In this document: in pieces, positions 35,601-45,918 of the stretch
Position numbering within the stretch: the stretch's first letter is position 1
Layout of the letters: the number at the start of each line of letters is the position of its first letter
NCBI GenBank assembly: GCA_052426225.1
Contig: JBNJNM010000011.1
Span: 4,774,001-4,838,000, forward strand
Reading direction: 5' to 3'
Length of the DNA: 64,000 nucleotides
DNA from: Zancudomyces culisetae HAW-14-8
Taxonomy: Eukaryota > Fungi > Kickxellomycota
Notes under the pieces: generated by a model
The model's database searches: none
The model's input: the letters and a program-made list of their open reading frames with translations, nothing else
What the model was told of the DNA's origin: nothing
Made by a program: the position numbers and the translations under genes

Positions 35601-37596
35601 TATCAAACACCACTTTCAAAATCTCAAACACTCCCAGTGATGTAAACGCAATACTGTTTGTCATTTCGTGCCCCAATATCACGGAATATATCAGAAACGA
35701 GCTAAAAAGCACCAAAATTGGGATGAACAACGTTCCAAACCCAATAGTTATCCATATCTTATTGATTTCCCACAAATATCCCAGTTGGGTTGATCGAAGC
35801 TTTGTTATTTTTTCTACAAACTTTTCTTCCCACCCAAACAGCTTGACTGCACGCATCCCACCGATCATTTCAGATACTGCTGATATTCGCTTATCCAATG
35901 CTGAGTTCTTCCTGTCTTCCAGATCTACCACTCGGTTAAATGTTGACTTTGTAAGTGGGTAGTAGCTTGCCATAACCACTATTCCGAATAGTGAAGATGG
36001 ACCCAATAATTTATACAAATAAATTATTGCCACCAATGCTTGGATAATACTGATAAAACAAAAGTCTATATATCCCGAGTACTCGGATACACGTGTTAGA
36101 TCTGTGCTCACTAAACCTAGTGCCTCTCTCGTGCTGTTTTCTTGCCCAGATGTGTCTCCTTCCTGTTGTGCATTGTTGGATTTGACAGCTTCCTCTTCAC
36201 CTCCTGAGCCCAGCGAATTTAGTGACTTTTCTGCAATTTCACAGCTCAGTGCATTTTTTAGTTTAATAGACAGCTTCCTTCCTATCCACAACGATTGGTT
36301 TTCCATAATATATTGAATTGTTGTAAATATTAACAACCCGACACAGTACCCGTATATTTCTGCTCGTCCATTTTGTTTTTCATTTCCCTCTTTGTTTTCC
36401 AAGTAATTCAGTATCTGGTTTATAAAGAATGGCCCGCTAAACTTAAACACTGTCAACAACAATCCTACAGAAACTTTGAGGATCAGTTCCCATTTAAGAA
36501 GAATAGCCAGTCTCATTAGTAATGACCTCTTTTTACTTTTATTTGTAGTGCTGCTAGCATCAGTTTTCTTGAATCGTTCCCAGCATGCACCCGGAAGATC
36601 ATTGCCCTTAAACTTGAATAAATCTATATACTCTAACTTTACTCGGCCTGCTTTTTCAATAATTTCGTCAAGCCATGTAAAATACATGCGAGAAAGGAAT
36701 GATGCCGAATATTCGGGTGATTCTACTAATTTAGTTGCGGATATATACACATTTCCACCATCTCGAGTTTGTTTCTGTCCCTGACCTGTACCTCTTTCTT
36801 GAACCTGTTCTTCGTTCTCATCTACTTTTTCGAGTTTAACTCCGGTGTATGCGAGACCCACTACCATTGCATTGCCAATAACTAGGAACCAAATTATTAG
36901 ATGGCGTATTAGATTACGCAGCATTTCATCTTTCACCAAGTCTGATTCACTAGATAAGAATCCAAGTAAACTATAAGTCTCGTACAAGCTAGCCAGAAAT
37001 AGGAAAAAAATAGCTTGTGTAGTTGCCAAAGACACTCGATGTGAAAGGAATTTTCCTGTCCGATCAATGCTTTCAACGATTTTTCTCCCCGTGTACATCA
37101 CCATTAATGTCCATGAGAGCGACATACTGAGTATTTCTTGTTTATTGTTTGGGTAAATATTCCCCTTACCGCTTTTATCCCTTGTAATGTCCAAAAGCTG
37201 TCCCCAAAACAGCGTTGTCGTAAACACCGACAAGAAAAAGCTGATTACCAGCGTTTTTTTCCAGTTGTCCCTTTGGTTGATTTTTGGCGAAGCGACATCT
37301 TTTTCTCCCAGCCTCACAGAGCCACTTGCAGCCGTTCTATACGCCTGATTGCATATAAAATCATCTATCTGTCTATAGATACTTTCCTGTTGGTTTGCAG
37401 CGTCGTCTCCTCCTGGTACACCCATAGCGCCAATTGGTATCCTCTTACTAACTCTACCTCGTCGGCTTAGATACTTTACTAGTTTAAAGGCTGTGCACGC
37501 AGCCATCCATAGTAGTGTTGCCACTGCTAACCAGGATATATAGCTTTGACCCTGGATATACATATTACCTTTTAATATTATTACACTTATATTCAT
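32692..37596 (-). CDS. ABCC/MRP full-size transporter (Ybt1/Bpt1-like)
   Basis: Two TMD-NBD halves; Walker A GKVGSGKT and GRTGSGKS, signatures LSGGQ and LSTGQ, LLDD/ILDEA, FFDVTPVGRIINRFS, IIPQDP. Confidence 0.96.
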   Translation of the reverse strand: MNISVIILKGNMYIQGQSYISWLAVATLLWMAACTAFKLVKYLSRRGRVSKRIPIGAMGVPGGDDAANQQESIYRQIDDFICNQAYRTAASGSVRLGEKDVASPKINQRDNWKKTLVISFFLSVFTTTLFWGQLLDITRDKSGKGNIYPNNKQEILSMSLSWTLMVMYTGRKIVESIDRTGKFLSHRVSLATTQAIFFLFLASLYETYSLLGFLSSESDLVKDEMLRNLIRHLIIWFLVIGNAMVVGLAYTGVKLEKVDENEEQVQERGTGQGQKQTRDGGNVYISATKLVESPEYSASFLSRMYFTWLDEIIEKAGRVKLEYIDLFKFKGNDLPGACWERFKKTDASSTTNKSKKRSLLMRLAILLKWELILKVSVGLLLTVFKFSGPFFINQILNYLENKEGNEKQNGRAEIYGYCVGLLIFTTIQYIMENQSLWIGRKLSIKLKNALSCEIAEKSLNSLGSGGEEEAVKSNNAQQEGDTSGQENSTREALGLVSTDLTRVSEYSGYIDFCFISIIQALVAIIYLYKLLGPSSLFGIVVMASYYPLTKSTFNRVVDLEDRKNSALDKRISAVSEMIGGMRAVKLFGWEEKFVEKITKLRSTQLGYLWEINKIWITIGFGTLFIPILVLFSSFLIYSVILGHEMTNSIAFTSLGVFEILKVVFDMFFEDIKYLLSALVSLRRLESFIEDNSHDISKTGQSESDETESASTGDFGFVNATLSWEYSQPQNQGDCKHKSNENTPLLDVDNGDATKSNEFKLQNLNIKFLRGKLTIITGKVGSGKTSMLRALLGEMKLVEGYMMYPRGAATTEAATTRPGSVGGSMIGYVPQESWLRNATVRDNILFGSEYDVERYEQVLKMTALKADFRQLVNGDQSQVGERGITLSGGQKQRISLARALYSQAQCVLLDDVLSAVDSQTAHHIVYYCFDPSTRSKIMEGRTIVLVTHMVDLVAKYASWIVVMESGRVAEQGNGRNVFSYFSTSSTDDTQPILPQIMEKQTSDPSEDEFNQQKLLERQLKNSRLTSNRNSEGGDDDNDDESDAEDVEDAGEEQREYGTLRLDVWWAYFSSMGGSWFWVAVVSLALGSRIVQIFQNYLIRIWLQSEDNSSSASNSMYFLSMYLLVGILFVVLQQLANYSIYKGGIKSSKEIHYRLTQSVSNAIPSFFDVTPVGRIINRFSRDTMRLDERIIENITYFLSHVISAISVFVVVISVTPAFIIVSAAVTAIFLSRSVKYLNAIREIKRLDSNTLSPVLSIFVELGGNGSSVIRAFNKTHDYILETARRVDTNNRSYYLEWSLNRWISLTTDSIGSLVSFFASLMIIIAIDYFPNSGLDSGLAGFVLSYALGFNIYAMWTIRDYADLELGMNAMERISQYFEDRLPQQVQVLSTIPPQPNTTGETSLWPSSGELVVKNLSVKYDNTDKFALNNISFTLPPAKTLAVVGRTGSGKSTLTLALLRLVERVQKMDSHILIDGVDISSVPLTKLRQSITIIPQDPLLFSGSLRHNLDLFDEYPDEQLLAAVAETGLFDGVTIDSLDFTIHEKGANLSTGQKQLVSLTRALLRRSSSRIIILDEATASVDYRTEQQLIRAIKQLNVVHKCSIITIAHRLNTVYDYDYTLTLDNGTLASFVQNDSS

Positions 37597-38024
37597 GTGT
37601 TAATACCACTTGCAATATTCATTATCAGAAAAGGTAAAAAGCGGTAGAGGATGTTTAAGTACTTCAAAAAAAAATTATCCACGCGAGAAAAGAATAAAAT
37701 TATCGCTTAGCATAAAGTTAATCCGGATTTGGAAAAAATAATCCGAGTCGATTTCTGCCTGTTAAATATTTTAATAGTGGCGAATTACAAATTGAACTAG
37801 TAAATCTGCGAATAAAAAGTTTTTTTTTGACATATACTTAAAAATCCAAAAACAAAGTGAGAGGAGAGAATTAAAGAATGGGGAGTGATGTTTAGTTGGG
37901 GGGTGCGACTGGCTTATCTGGAAGATACCATAGAATTTATTAGTTCAACTTTGAATCAAAAAAAATCCGCAGCTAAAAAAAAAATGCTGAAAACCCTATG
38001 AAAAAAAGAGGCTGAGTTGGAGCA

Positions 38025-39464
38025 TTATAGTGTGTATCTGAACTGTGGATGGTTATCAAACATCATTTGCTGTTCATTCTCCGAAAGGTGTGATACGTCA
38101 ACTGGATGATTTATCCTTCTTTGATTCTCTTTTTTATAGTAAAATGCCAATATAAGCACCAAAATAACTCCAACAACCTTACATGCAATAATGAACGTAA
38201 ACCCAAGCACAAAATTTGGCGCATGCTTGGTTGTAAACATTGATGGAATAACAACCCCTGATATATTACCACATGAAAACGCAATTGCAGAGACCATAAG
38301 TCGCTTCGCGATTCCACCTTGGTTTACCGAAAGCCATGAAAGAAAGATAGGAAATCCAGCATATGTTGTAACTCCAATAAACGTAAAGGAAAACATACGC
38401 AAAAACAGTCCCTTTCCAAAAGCCATCAGTGCTAAAAATATTGCTCCCACAGCTACCATGATTGTAAAACTCATATGTAATGGTACTCGTTTCGGGATTA
38501 GGAGTGATAGAATTATAGCCACTAGCCCAGCTGCGCATGGGAGCGTTGCTAGATAGGTTGAATTCACTGAGCTGAATTTAAGCGCTTTCATAAGTGTTGG
38601 TCCAAATACATTGATAAGATTTATACAGTTGTTGAATGTAAAATGCAAAAAACAGTATACACCAGTTTTCCAATCAAATATTGCCTTGATGCTCGACATT
38701 ACTGAAAGTTTTGCTTTTGTTGCAAGTCCTTGATCTGCCTTTAGTTTTTTGACAAGCACGTCTCTTTCTTCAATTGTTAAAAATGTACATGTTTCGGGAT
38801 AATTCTGAAGAATAAAGAATGCCACCACACCACAAACAAGTGTTGCTGCTCCTTCAACCAAGAAAATCATTTGATACGGTTCCAGCGATGTTTTTAATGA
38901 GGCAAGTCCTGCTGCTATAGGGTTTCCAATGATTCCTGCAACTGGAAGAGCTGAAAAAAAGATACTCATTCTAAGACCAAGCTCCCCTCTGGTATACCAA
39001 TACGGAAGGTATGCTACAATTCCCGGTGAAAACCCAGACTCAATTGCTCCTAACAGCGCCCTGAATACTATAAACACGGCTGGTGTCTTTGCAATTGCCT
39101 GAAGCATACAAATGATAGACCAGCTGACCGAAATAAAGGTAAACCAATTTCTTGGCTTAATTTTCTTTAAGAGAACATTTGACGGTATCTCAAGCGATAC
39201 GTAGAAAACATAGAAGATCGATGTAACAAGAGTTTGCAATCCACTGTCTAGCTTTAATCCATCTATCAATCCATTTACCAGCGCTGCACCGATGTTGGTT
39301 CTATCCATAAAAGAACCTACATACAGAACTACCAGCATCGGAAGAAGTCTAGTGTCCAGTTTCTTCAAGATTTTTTTTGAGTATCTGATTTCCTCTTCTG
39401 TTAACACAACCTGTGTATTGAGTGTTACCTCTTCTTTCCCCAATTCTATTTCATCACCCTTCAT
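38025..39464 (-). CDS. MFS transporter, Dal5/Tna1 family, paralog B
   Basis: 479 aa, collinear with paralog A, same motifs. Confidence 0.93.
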   Translation of the reverse strand: MKGDEIELGKEEVTLNTQVVLTEEEIRYSKKILKKLDTRLLPMLVVLYVGSFMDRTNIGAALVNGLIDGLKLDSGLQTLVTSIFYVFYVSLEIPSNVLLKKIKPRNWFTFISVSWSIICMLQAIAKTPAVFIVFRALLGAIESGFSPGIVAYLPYWYTRGELGLRMSIFFSALPVAGIIGNPIAAGLASLKTSLEPYQMIFLVEGAATLVCGVVAFFILQNYPETCTFLTIEERDVLVKKLKADQGLATKAKLSVMSSIKAIFDWKTGVYCFLHFTFNNCINLINVFGPTLMKALKFSSVNSTYLATLPCAAGLVAIILSLLIPKRVPLHMSFTIMVAVGAIFLALMAFGKGLFLRMFSFTFIGVTTYAGFPIFLSWLSVNQGGIAKRLMVSAIAFSCGNISGVVIPSMFTTKHAPNFVLGFTFIIACKVVGVILVLILAFYYKKENQRRINHPVDVSHLSENEQQMMFDNHPQFRYTL

Positions 39465-40198
39465 TTTCTATAAATTAAAGTTTTACGTGTATATCAGCCT
39501 TTAGTACTTATTGAACTTGAGTATTGAGTTTAATATAATAAATTAATATTCCTAAATCTTGTAATGAAAATAATGTTTATCCTGTAACTTTTTTCTGTTT
39601 AAAGTTTGCTATGTTGATGAAATTAAATATAAATATCCTAGATGCTTTTTATACTTTTGGAAAGGTATAAATACTCCTCTAAAGCTAGAGAAGATACGAA
39701 ACAAAAGAACGAACAACCATAAAAAAACACAGCTGGTTAGCTGATACAGCCTATGTGTATAAATTAACTGACAATCCATCTGTAACTTATTCAACCCCTT
39801 TTTATGAACACGCCAATAATTCACTGAAAACAGGCTATAACCAAAAAGAAAACAGAAACCCAATTGACTACAAAAAAGGATGCCTGTGCACAGTATTAAA
39901 TGAAAAAAAACATAGGGTAACAGAAAGTTAGAAATATAGAACAGAACTTCAATTGAGAGGGGATGTATGAGATAGCGCGACTGGCTTTTAGTTACCAAGT
40001 AACCCAGCATTTGTGTTATTACAGCGGTTTATAGACGCCATACTAATTGCGAAAAAAACAAAAAAGCAAAAAGAACAAAAAGAATCTCCTGCTATGATGT
40101 ATTTTCGGCTAAATTCGGAAATCAAATGTGGTTGAGCCTCAAAGCCAGTGATTTTTCTTGCACTGATCATCAAACAGAAGAGTTGAATGTTCACAGCA

Positions 40199-42970
40199 TT
40201 TGATCTACAAATCAAAATATCCATAGTAAATGATGGCGTATTTTTGCCTCTTGGTCATTTGTAGAATAATGTCCTGCCTAAATCTGTTTGGCCTATTCAT
40301 AAATTGTCGCTATTATCAATTACACGTCTTTCTTGTCATCTCAATAGATATTATGTTTGTTGTTTCTCCACTCATATATTCAATGACCATCTCTATTATT
40401 ACATCTATTTTGTGGCGATTTCTGTTTTCGATATTTTCGATATTTTCGATATCTTCAATATTTTCCATTTTCCGCTATTCATTTTCCACTTTTCACTTTC
40501 CTACTTTCTATGTGTTATAGATTAATAACAAAATTGTAAACTGCACTTTTCGTTATACAAGAGCAAATCTTTGATTCAAATATATTATATAAAATCGAAA
40601 CTATGGGAATTAAAAATACACCAGTTGTGTTGGATACAAATGGCTTAATCTTTGGCTTAGATTTGTCTGTAACAGCTGTTGTCACGTACCTTCTGACCAC
40701 ATATATTTTCACACCCCCTTGAATGTTTGCTAACCAAACCCAATTCCTTCATCAATATTGTGTTTGTTTTAACATTGCCACATTACTACATTACCACATT
40801 ACTACATTACCGTATTTACGTGACTTTATTATATCCAATTATTCCAACCACCAATAAATGCTATGTAGTCAAATCAAAATCAGATTCAATAATGGCACCA
40901 GCACTGACCTTTGAATACTTCAAATCATCTGTTTCAAATATATGATGATTATATAGCAATTATGTTATTATTCATTATATTATTATGTTATTATATTGTT
41001 ATATTATTATGTTATTGTATTAGTTGTTGATTGTTTCTTTAGTAAAATCAATAGCGTGTACAAGTAGAGCTTTTATCAATTACTTAAAGTGGTTGATTGC
41101 CAAAAATACACTATATTATACATTACAAATATTCTATCCATACTATCTCGATATAATTTATCCAAACTCTAAATTAAAACAATGATGTACAACTTTATCT
41201 ACAACTTTATCATAAATTATTTCAAATCCCAAAAGTGTGTGTAAATGTTGCATCCTGTAATCTAAACTCATAATATAGATACTATAGCTTAAACTCTGTA
41301 GCCTAAACTCTGTAGCCTAAACTCTGTGGCCTAAACTCTGTAGCCTAAACTCTACACTCTCTGTAATCTAAATTTGCGTCATGTACTTTTTAACACACAC
41401 CCTTCTATCAATTCTAAATTCTTCTATTTCGACTATTCAAACATTGTAGAAATACACCCTCTATAAACCACCATTATTATTTGACCCCAAAGCTCCAACC
41501 ATACTTAAATACAAGTCCAAATCACACGTTGGACACTGTACTGAATTATTCATTAAATAATTATCCAAACAAGATACATGGAATACGTGGCTACAAGGAA
41601 TTGACCGGATAGGAACACCGCTAGATATTTGTGCATGACATATCTTACACACTATATTCTCGCTATGTATATCGTTTTCGTGACTGGGTACTTTCGACCA
41701 AGATATAATAGGAAAGTGACTCAAATCTTTAAAGCTAAACTGTGTGGGAGTATATTTTGGCAACACATCCATATCGACTGAAGTGGTTGGTTCATTTCGT
41801 GTGTTAATATCCCGGTTTCTATCTTGTTCCATACTATATAGTATAGTTGCAGGTTGATCTCGACTCTGTTCCTGGTTTATAGTGTCACGTTTATCATTTA
41901 GTCGTTTTGCTATAGGAATACCAATCATAAATGCAATAAGCACTATAAAGGCAATAGGCACTACAGGTTCGCCAGCCATTTGGAAAGCTGTGAAATATAT
42001 GATCGTTAGTTGTTGTAGCTGGTATTGTTAGTATTGTTGTGGCTAAATGAGAAGAATGAATAAATGAGAAATCTGGATTCTAAATTCTAAAATCTGAATT
42101 ATAGAGCCTGAAATCTGAGTTATGGAGCCTGGGATTATGGAGCCTGAGTTATTGAGCCTGAGTTATTGAGCCTGAGTTATTGAGCCTGAGTTATTGAGCC
42201 TGAGTTATTGAGCCTGAGTTATTGAGCCTGAGTTATTGAGCCTGAAGCGTGGAAGAGCAGGAAACCAGCCATTCAGTGTAAAGTGTTAATGGTTAAAATC
42301 CACTTTGTTTCATTTGTCTAATACCCAATGGATTTTGTGGATTTTGTGGATTTTGTGGACTTTGGTTGGATAAATTTGGCGGTTTGATGTTATCCAGTAC
42401 CAAATTGTAAAATATACTCAATAATTCTAGATTAGTTCCATCATATTGCCTGATAAACAGAAAATAGGTTTATTCAAATATCTGTGTGTGTAGCTGCTAG
42501 GGTTTCAATGTATTTATATGTATATATTACAATTACAGTTTCGTTATACTGTACAATACTACTGTAATATCTACTACAACTTGATTAATGAAAGGTAGTT
42601 TAAATCAAAGCAACAATTGTAAAATGGTTTAATGTTTACAGTAAAGCTAAAGTTTGTAGCTCTAACAGCTATGAAAACACATGGCATATAATATCGAGTA
42701 ACGAATGGTGCATCAATCAAAAAGGGCCAGGTTTATCACAATAAAGTTAAACACAGAGTTACTCACAGAGTTACTTACAAAGTGTATCGACCCAATAGTA
42801 GGTTTATTAATGTTTTTTTAGGCAAGCTACATTGACCCGTCCGTCAGTAAATAACAGAAAAAGGGATATTATTCGAGGAAATATGTCAACTAGTATAAAT
42901 GATAGAAAGAGCAAAGAAACATAATCAAAAAGTGACGAGAGATGCTATCGAGTGAGCTCCAAATCAATTC
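40199..42970. repeat. Segmental direct duplication, copy 2
   Basis: Near-identical to 28813-31575 with a few SNPs/indels. Confidence 0.96.
41461..41979 (-). CDS. Single-pass membrane RING-H2 E3 ubiquitin ligase, copy 2
   Basis: Protein identical to 30064-30582. Confidence 0.9.
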   Translation of the reverse strand: MAGEPVVPIAFIVLIAFMIGIPIAKRLNDKRDTINQEQSRDQPATILYSMEQDRNRDINTRNEPTTSVDMDVLPKYTPTQFSFKDLSHFPIISWSKVPSHENDIHSENIVCKICHAQISSGVPIRSIPCSHVFHVSCLDNYLMNNSVQCPTCDLDLYLSMVGALGSNNNGGL

Positions 42971-43547
42971 TATCTTGATTTCGGTCCAATTTAGTGAATA
43001 CGCTACGAAAAAGTAAAAACCAGGAAGGAGTGCTAGACTGGGTTTATGTCTGTTATTCCTATCTGCTGTCCTTCTCCATCTTTGGCTGCTCTCCAAAACT
43101 CGGAGATTTCAATGCTAGGTTTACCAGCCTTTTGGTATTTTATGGTAATGATGTTTTTCGCTTTATTTAGACTACGCGGTAAATTTTACGTTTTTTGCTA
43201 TGTTGAATTACATTTCTTTTACTGTTCTGAGTTTTTGCAAAAATCCATACCAATGCTTTCTTGAGCATTTTTAAATAAATATGCTGAATGGGAAGAATAG
43301 AGAATTTCCAGAACTATAATTAATTCTCGAATATCGTGCACCAATAAACTAATTGCACATAAAATGTGGTATTTTGCATTTTCGAATTTTGCAACTAAAA
43401 CTACTTGCTAATTCGTTTAAAATGTTCAAGAAAGAATAGCGTAGAAAATAAGATTTAGCTCACTTAAAATATTTTCAAATATAAACAAAATTCTATCTCG
43501 TACACTTTTTGGTTATTCTTCGCTTTACAAACCAGCTAAAAGAGAAA

Positions 43548-43975
43548 ATGTCAGAAAAAACAGCAACACCAGGTCCAGCAATCGAACCAATCTATGTATC
43601 CGTACCAAAGTCATTTGCTAAGGATGCAGTGTGGCTGATCAATCGGTGCACAAAGCCAACAAAAAAAGGTAAGAATAAGAACTGTTCTTTCCATTTACTC
43701 GCGACCATAGCTTTTTGATTTTCATCCCGTTGCATGTTGAAATGGTGAACATGTACTATATTATTCTAGCTAATATATGGTGCATATTTTTTTTTACAGT
43801 ATATACTGTTATTTTTTCTGAGCAAGATATTAACAAGAATTTCTATAACATAAACATAGAATATAACCAGATGGTATGGGCAATTTCAATTGGATTTTTG
43901 ATTATGGGTTTCACAGGATACTTTGTCAAGCTTATCCACATCCCTATCAACAACATCATTGTAGGAGGAGCATAA
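43548..43975 (+). CDS. SSS1: Sec61 translocon gamma subunit, 2 exons: 43548-43668, 43860-43975
   Basis: [10 protein letters not shown]|EYNQ...[29 protein letters not shown]; GTAAGA...TAG intron 43669-43859. Confidence 0.95.
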
Positions 43976-44398
43976 GCTCAAGTCCTTGCCGACACACACT
44001 CACATCACCGGCTTACATCTTTGAATAAAGTAATTCTAGATTTTTTGTTTGCCGTAAAATTTTTTTTGTTATGAAACGTGCGTGTGTAAGGTTATTAGTA
44101 CTTTCGCCAAAATAAGAGTTTCCTGAATATGTACTTCAAACATTATTTATACCATCTAAAGACAGCGAATTTTACTAGCTATTTGTTTTATAAAAATCAT
44201 TGAAACACTGATATTTCGCTTATAATAAAGTGTAAACATACATAAGTTTTGAAAGTAAACCTACGAAAAGGACTGGTAGGAGCAAACTGAAGAAAGTGGT
44301 GTTATGTTGTGTTTGATAAAAATATATTTCCCCTGTTCTCATCTTATGGTGAGGTTAGAGTAGTTTAACTGAGCCGTACAACACATAGGTCAAGACGC

Positions 44399-45724
44399 TC
44401 AAACAAGTTTTCTGGACGGAATAACTTCATCAAGGGCGAGCTTCCAGGGGTTCACGTTATCACAACCACTAGTACTGGCACCTATTGGTCGTTGCTGGTA
44501 CTCGATGGCGTGTAGCAAGATTTCAAAAACCTGGTTGACTGTTATTACGGTTCTGGTTTTGAGGTTTGATAGGTGGTCTGATAGTGGTAGTTTTGCTGTT
44601 CTGATATTGAAATGGTTGGCGATATCCAAGGTTAGATTTTTGTACCTGTTTTTGTCGACAAATCCTCCAATAATATATATATCAGATGTTGAAAGCGTAT
44701 CCAAAGTATTTGGGGAGTCAGCAGTCAGGTATACCAATTGTTTTTGTTTGTGAGCTTGCTGAACTGTTGTTGTTGGTGATGATGGTGATGATGATGATGG
44801 TGTGGCAGAAAGGTATTTTGTGTAGGGATTCTCAATGTTTATATCACCGCATTGGGTCTTATCCCGATTATTATTTAAAGAGTTTACAAAAGTGATCGGA
44901 TTGTAATCCAATTCAGGCAATGGATGGGTAGAAAGTGGAGGAACAAACGAAATGTAGTCCGAATTCCAATTTCGATAGTCAGATAGCTTATTCTCAAAGC
45001 GTGCCCTTGTCCGACCACAAAAGTTAAAAAAAGACAAAGCAACTGGATAATTTGCGGACTTATTACAGCTGTATACACGGACAAGCTGGTTTGTAATGGA
45101 TGTTATTTCATGATCTTTCATAAGTTGGTCAAAGCTACAGTCAATAACTACAGAGTACCCATGCCATTCCTGCCTTTTCTCTGTTTTTTGCTGTGTTTTA
45201 TATATCCCAGACTCAGTTCCAACGTCGGATCCGGTTTCGGTTCCCTCCTGAAGGTTTTTCAAGTCTTGCCTTTGGGCCTGTTTCTTTAGTTTTTTCTTTA
45301 ATCTTTCTGCTTGTCTGCGATGTTGTTTATTTTCCTCCCACTTGATATTTTTGAGTATCTTTTTTAGTTGGTTTTTTGACAAATTATCTAAACTCTCAAC
45401 ACTGGCAAGCTCTTTGGGAATGTCGTATTGCTCAAATTGTTGAGATTGAGTTGTGTCTGTTTCCTGATTGGTCTCTTGATGTGTGCATTCGTGTCCAGAA
45501 TTCTTTTGTTCCTTTAGTTGCAGAATCTTAGCTTCAAGAATGTCGCGATATCTTTGGGTCTCTTCCTTAAAGAATTGGATTTTGTCAGGAGTAAAATTTC
45601 GCTTTCGCTTCTTTGTCTCACTTTCATTGTGCGTGTCATCAAATTCAACAGCTGGTTTGTTTTCTGACTCATTTTCAACCGCTTTTTTATCAGCCAATTC
45701 GATATCAGTTTTGAAATTATCCAT
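44399..45724 (-). CDS. TRM10: tRNA (guanine9-N1)-methyltransferase
   Basis: VIDCSFDQLM, QLVRVYSCN, LVYLTADS, IYIIGGFVDKNRYK, TAKLPL, VITVNQVFEIL, W..AL..VIPSRK. Confidence 0.94.
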   Translation of the reverse strand: MDNFKTDIELADKKAVENESENKPAVEFDDTHNESETKKRKRNFTPDKIQFFKEETQRYRDILEAKILQLKEQKNSGHECTHQETNQETDTTQSQQFEQYDIPKELASVESLDNLSKNQLKKILKNIKWEENKQHRRQAERLKKKLKKQAQRQDLKNLQEGTETGSDVGTESGIYKTQQKTEKRQEWHGYSVVIDCSFDQLMKDHEITSITNQLVRVYSCNKSANYPVALSFFNFCGRTRARFENKLSDYRNWNSDYISFVPPLSTHPLPELDYNPITFVNSLNNNRDKTQCGDINIENPYTKYLSATPSSSSPSSPTTTVQQAHKQKQLVYLTADSPNTLDTLSTSDIYIIGGFVDKNRYKNLTLDIANHFNIRTAKLPLSDHLSNLKTRTVITVNQVFEILLHAIEYQQRPIGASTSGCDNVNPWKLALDEVIPSRKLV

Positions 45725-45918
45725 CTCTTTTCTCTTTTCTCTTTGCCTTTAGCCTTTTTAAACCGAAATTGCCAGGTCTTTAAATCAATTGTACAGAAAT
45801 GAATATCTTGGTTTTTCAATTCAATTTTTTTTTCTTTAAAAAATTTGATTTAGCATTAGATCAAAATCGCCTTCAAAAAACGATGGCAAAATATTTTACA
45901 AAGAAAAAAAAACATACA

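Noticed and set aside
28813-42970. Direct repeats as LTRs of a retrotransposon
   Set aside because: No TG...CA termini, PBS/PPT or gag-pol; the repeats contain a cellular RING gene.
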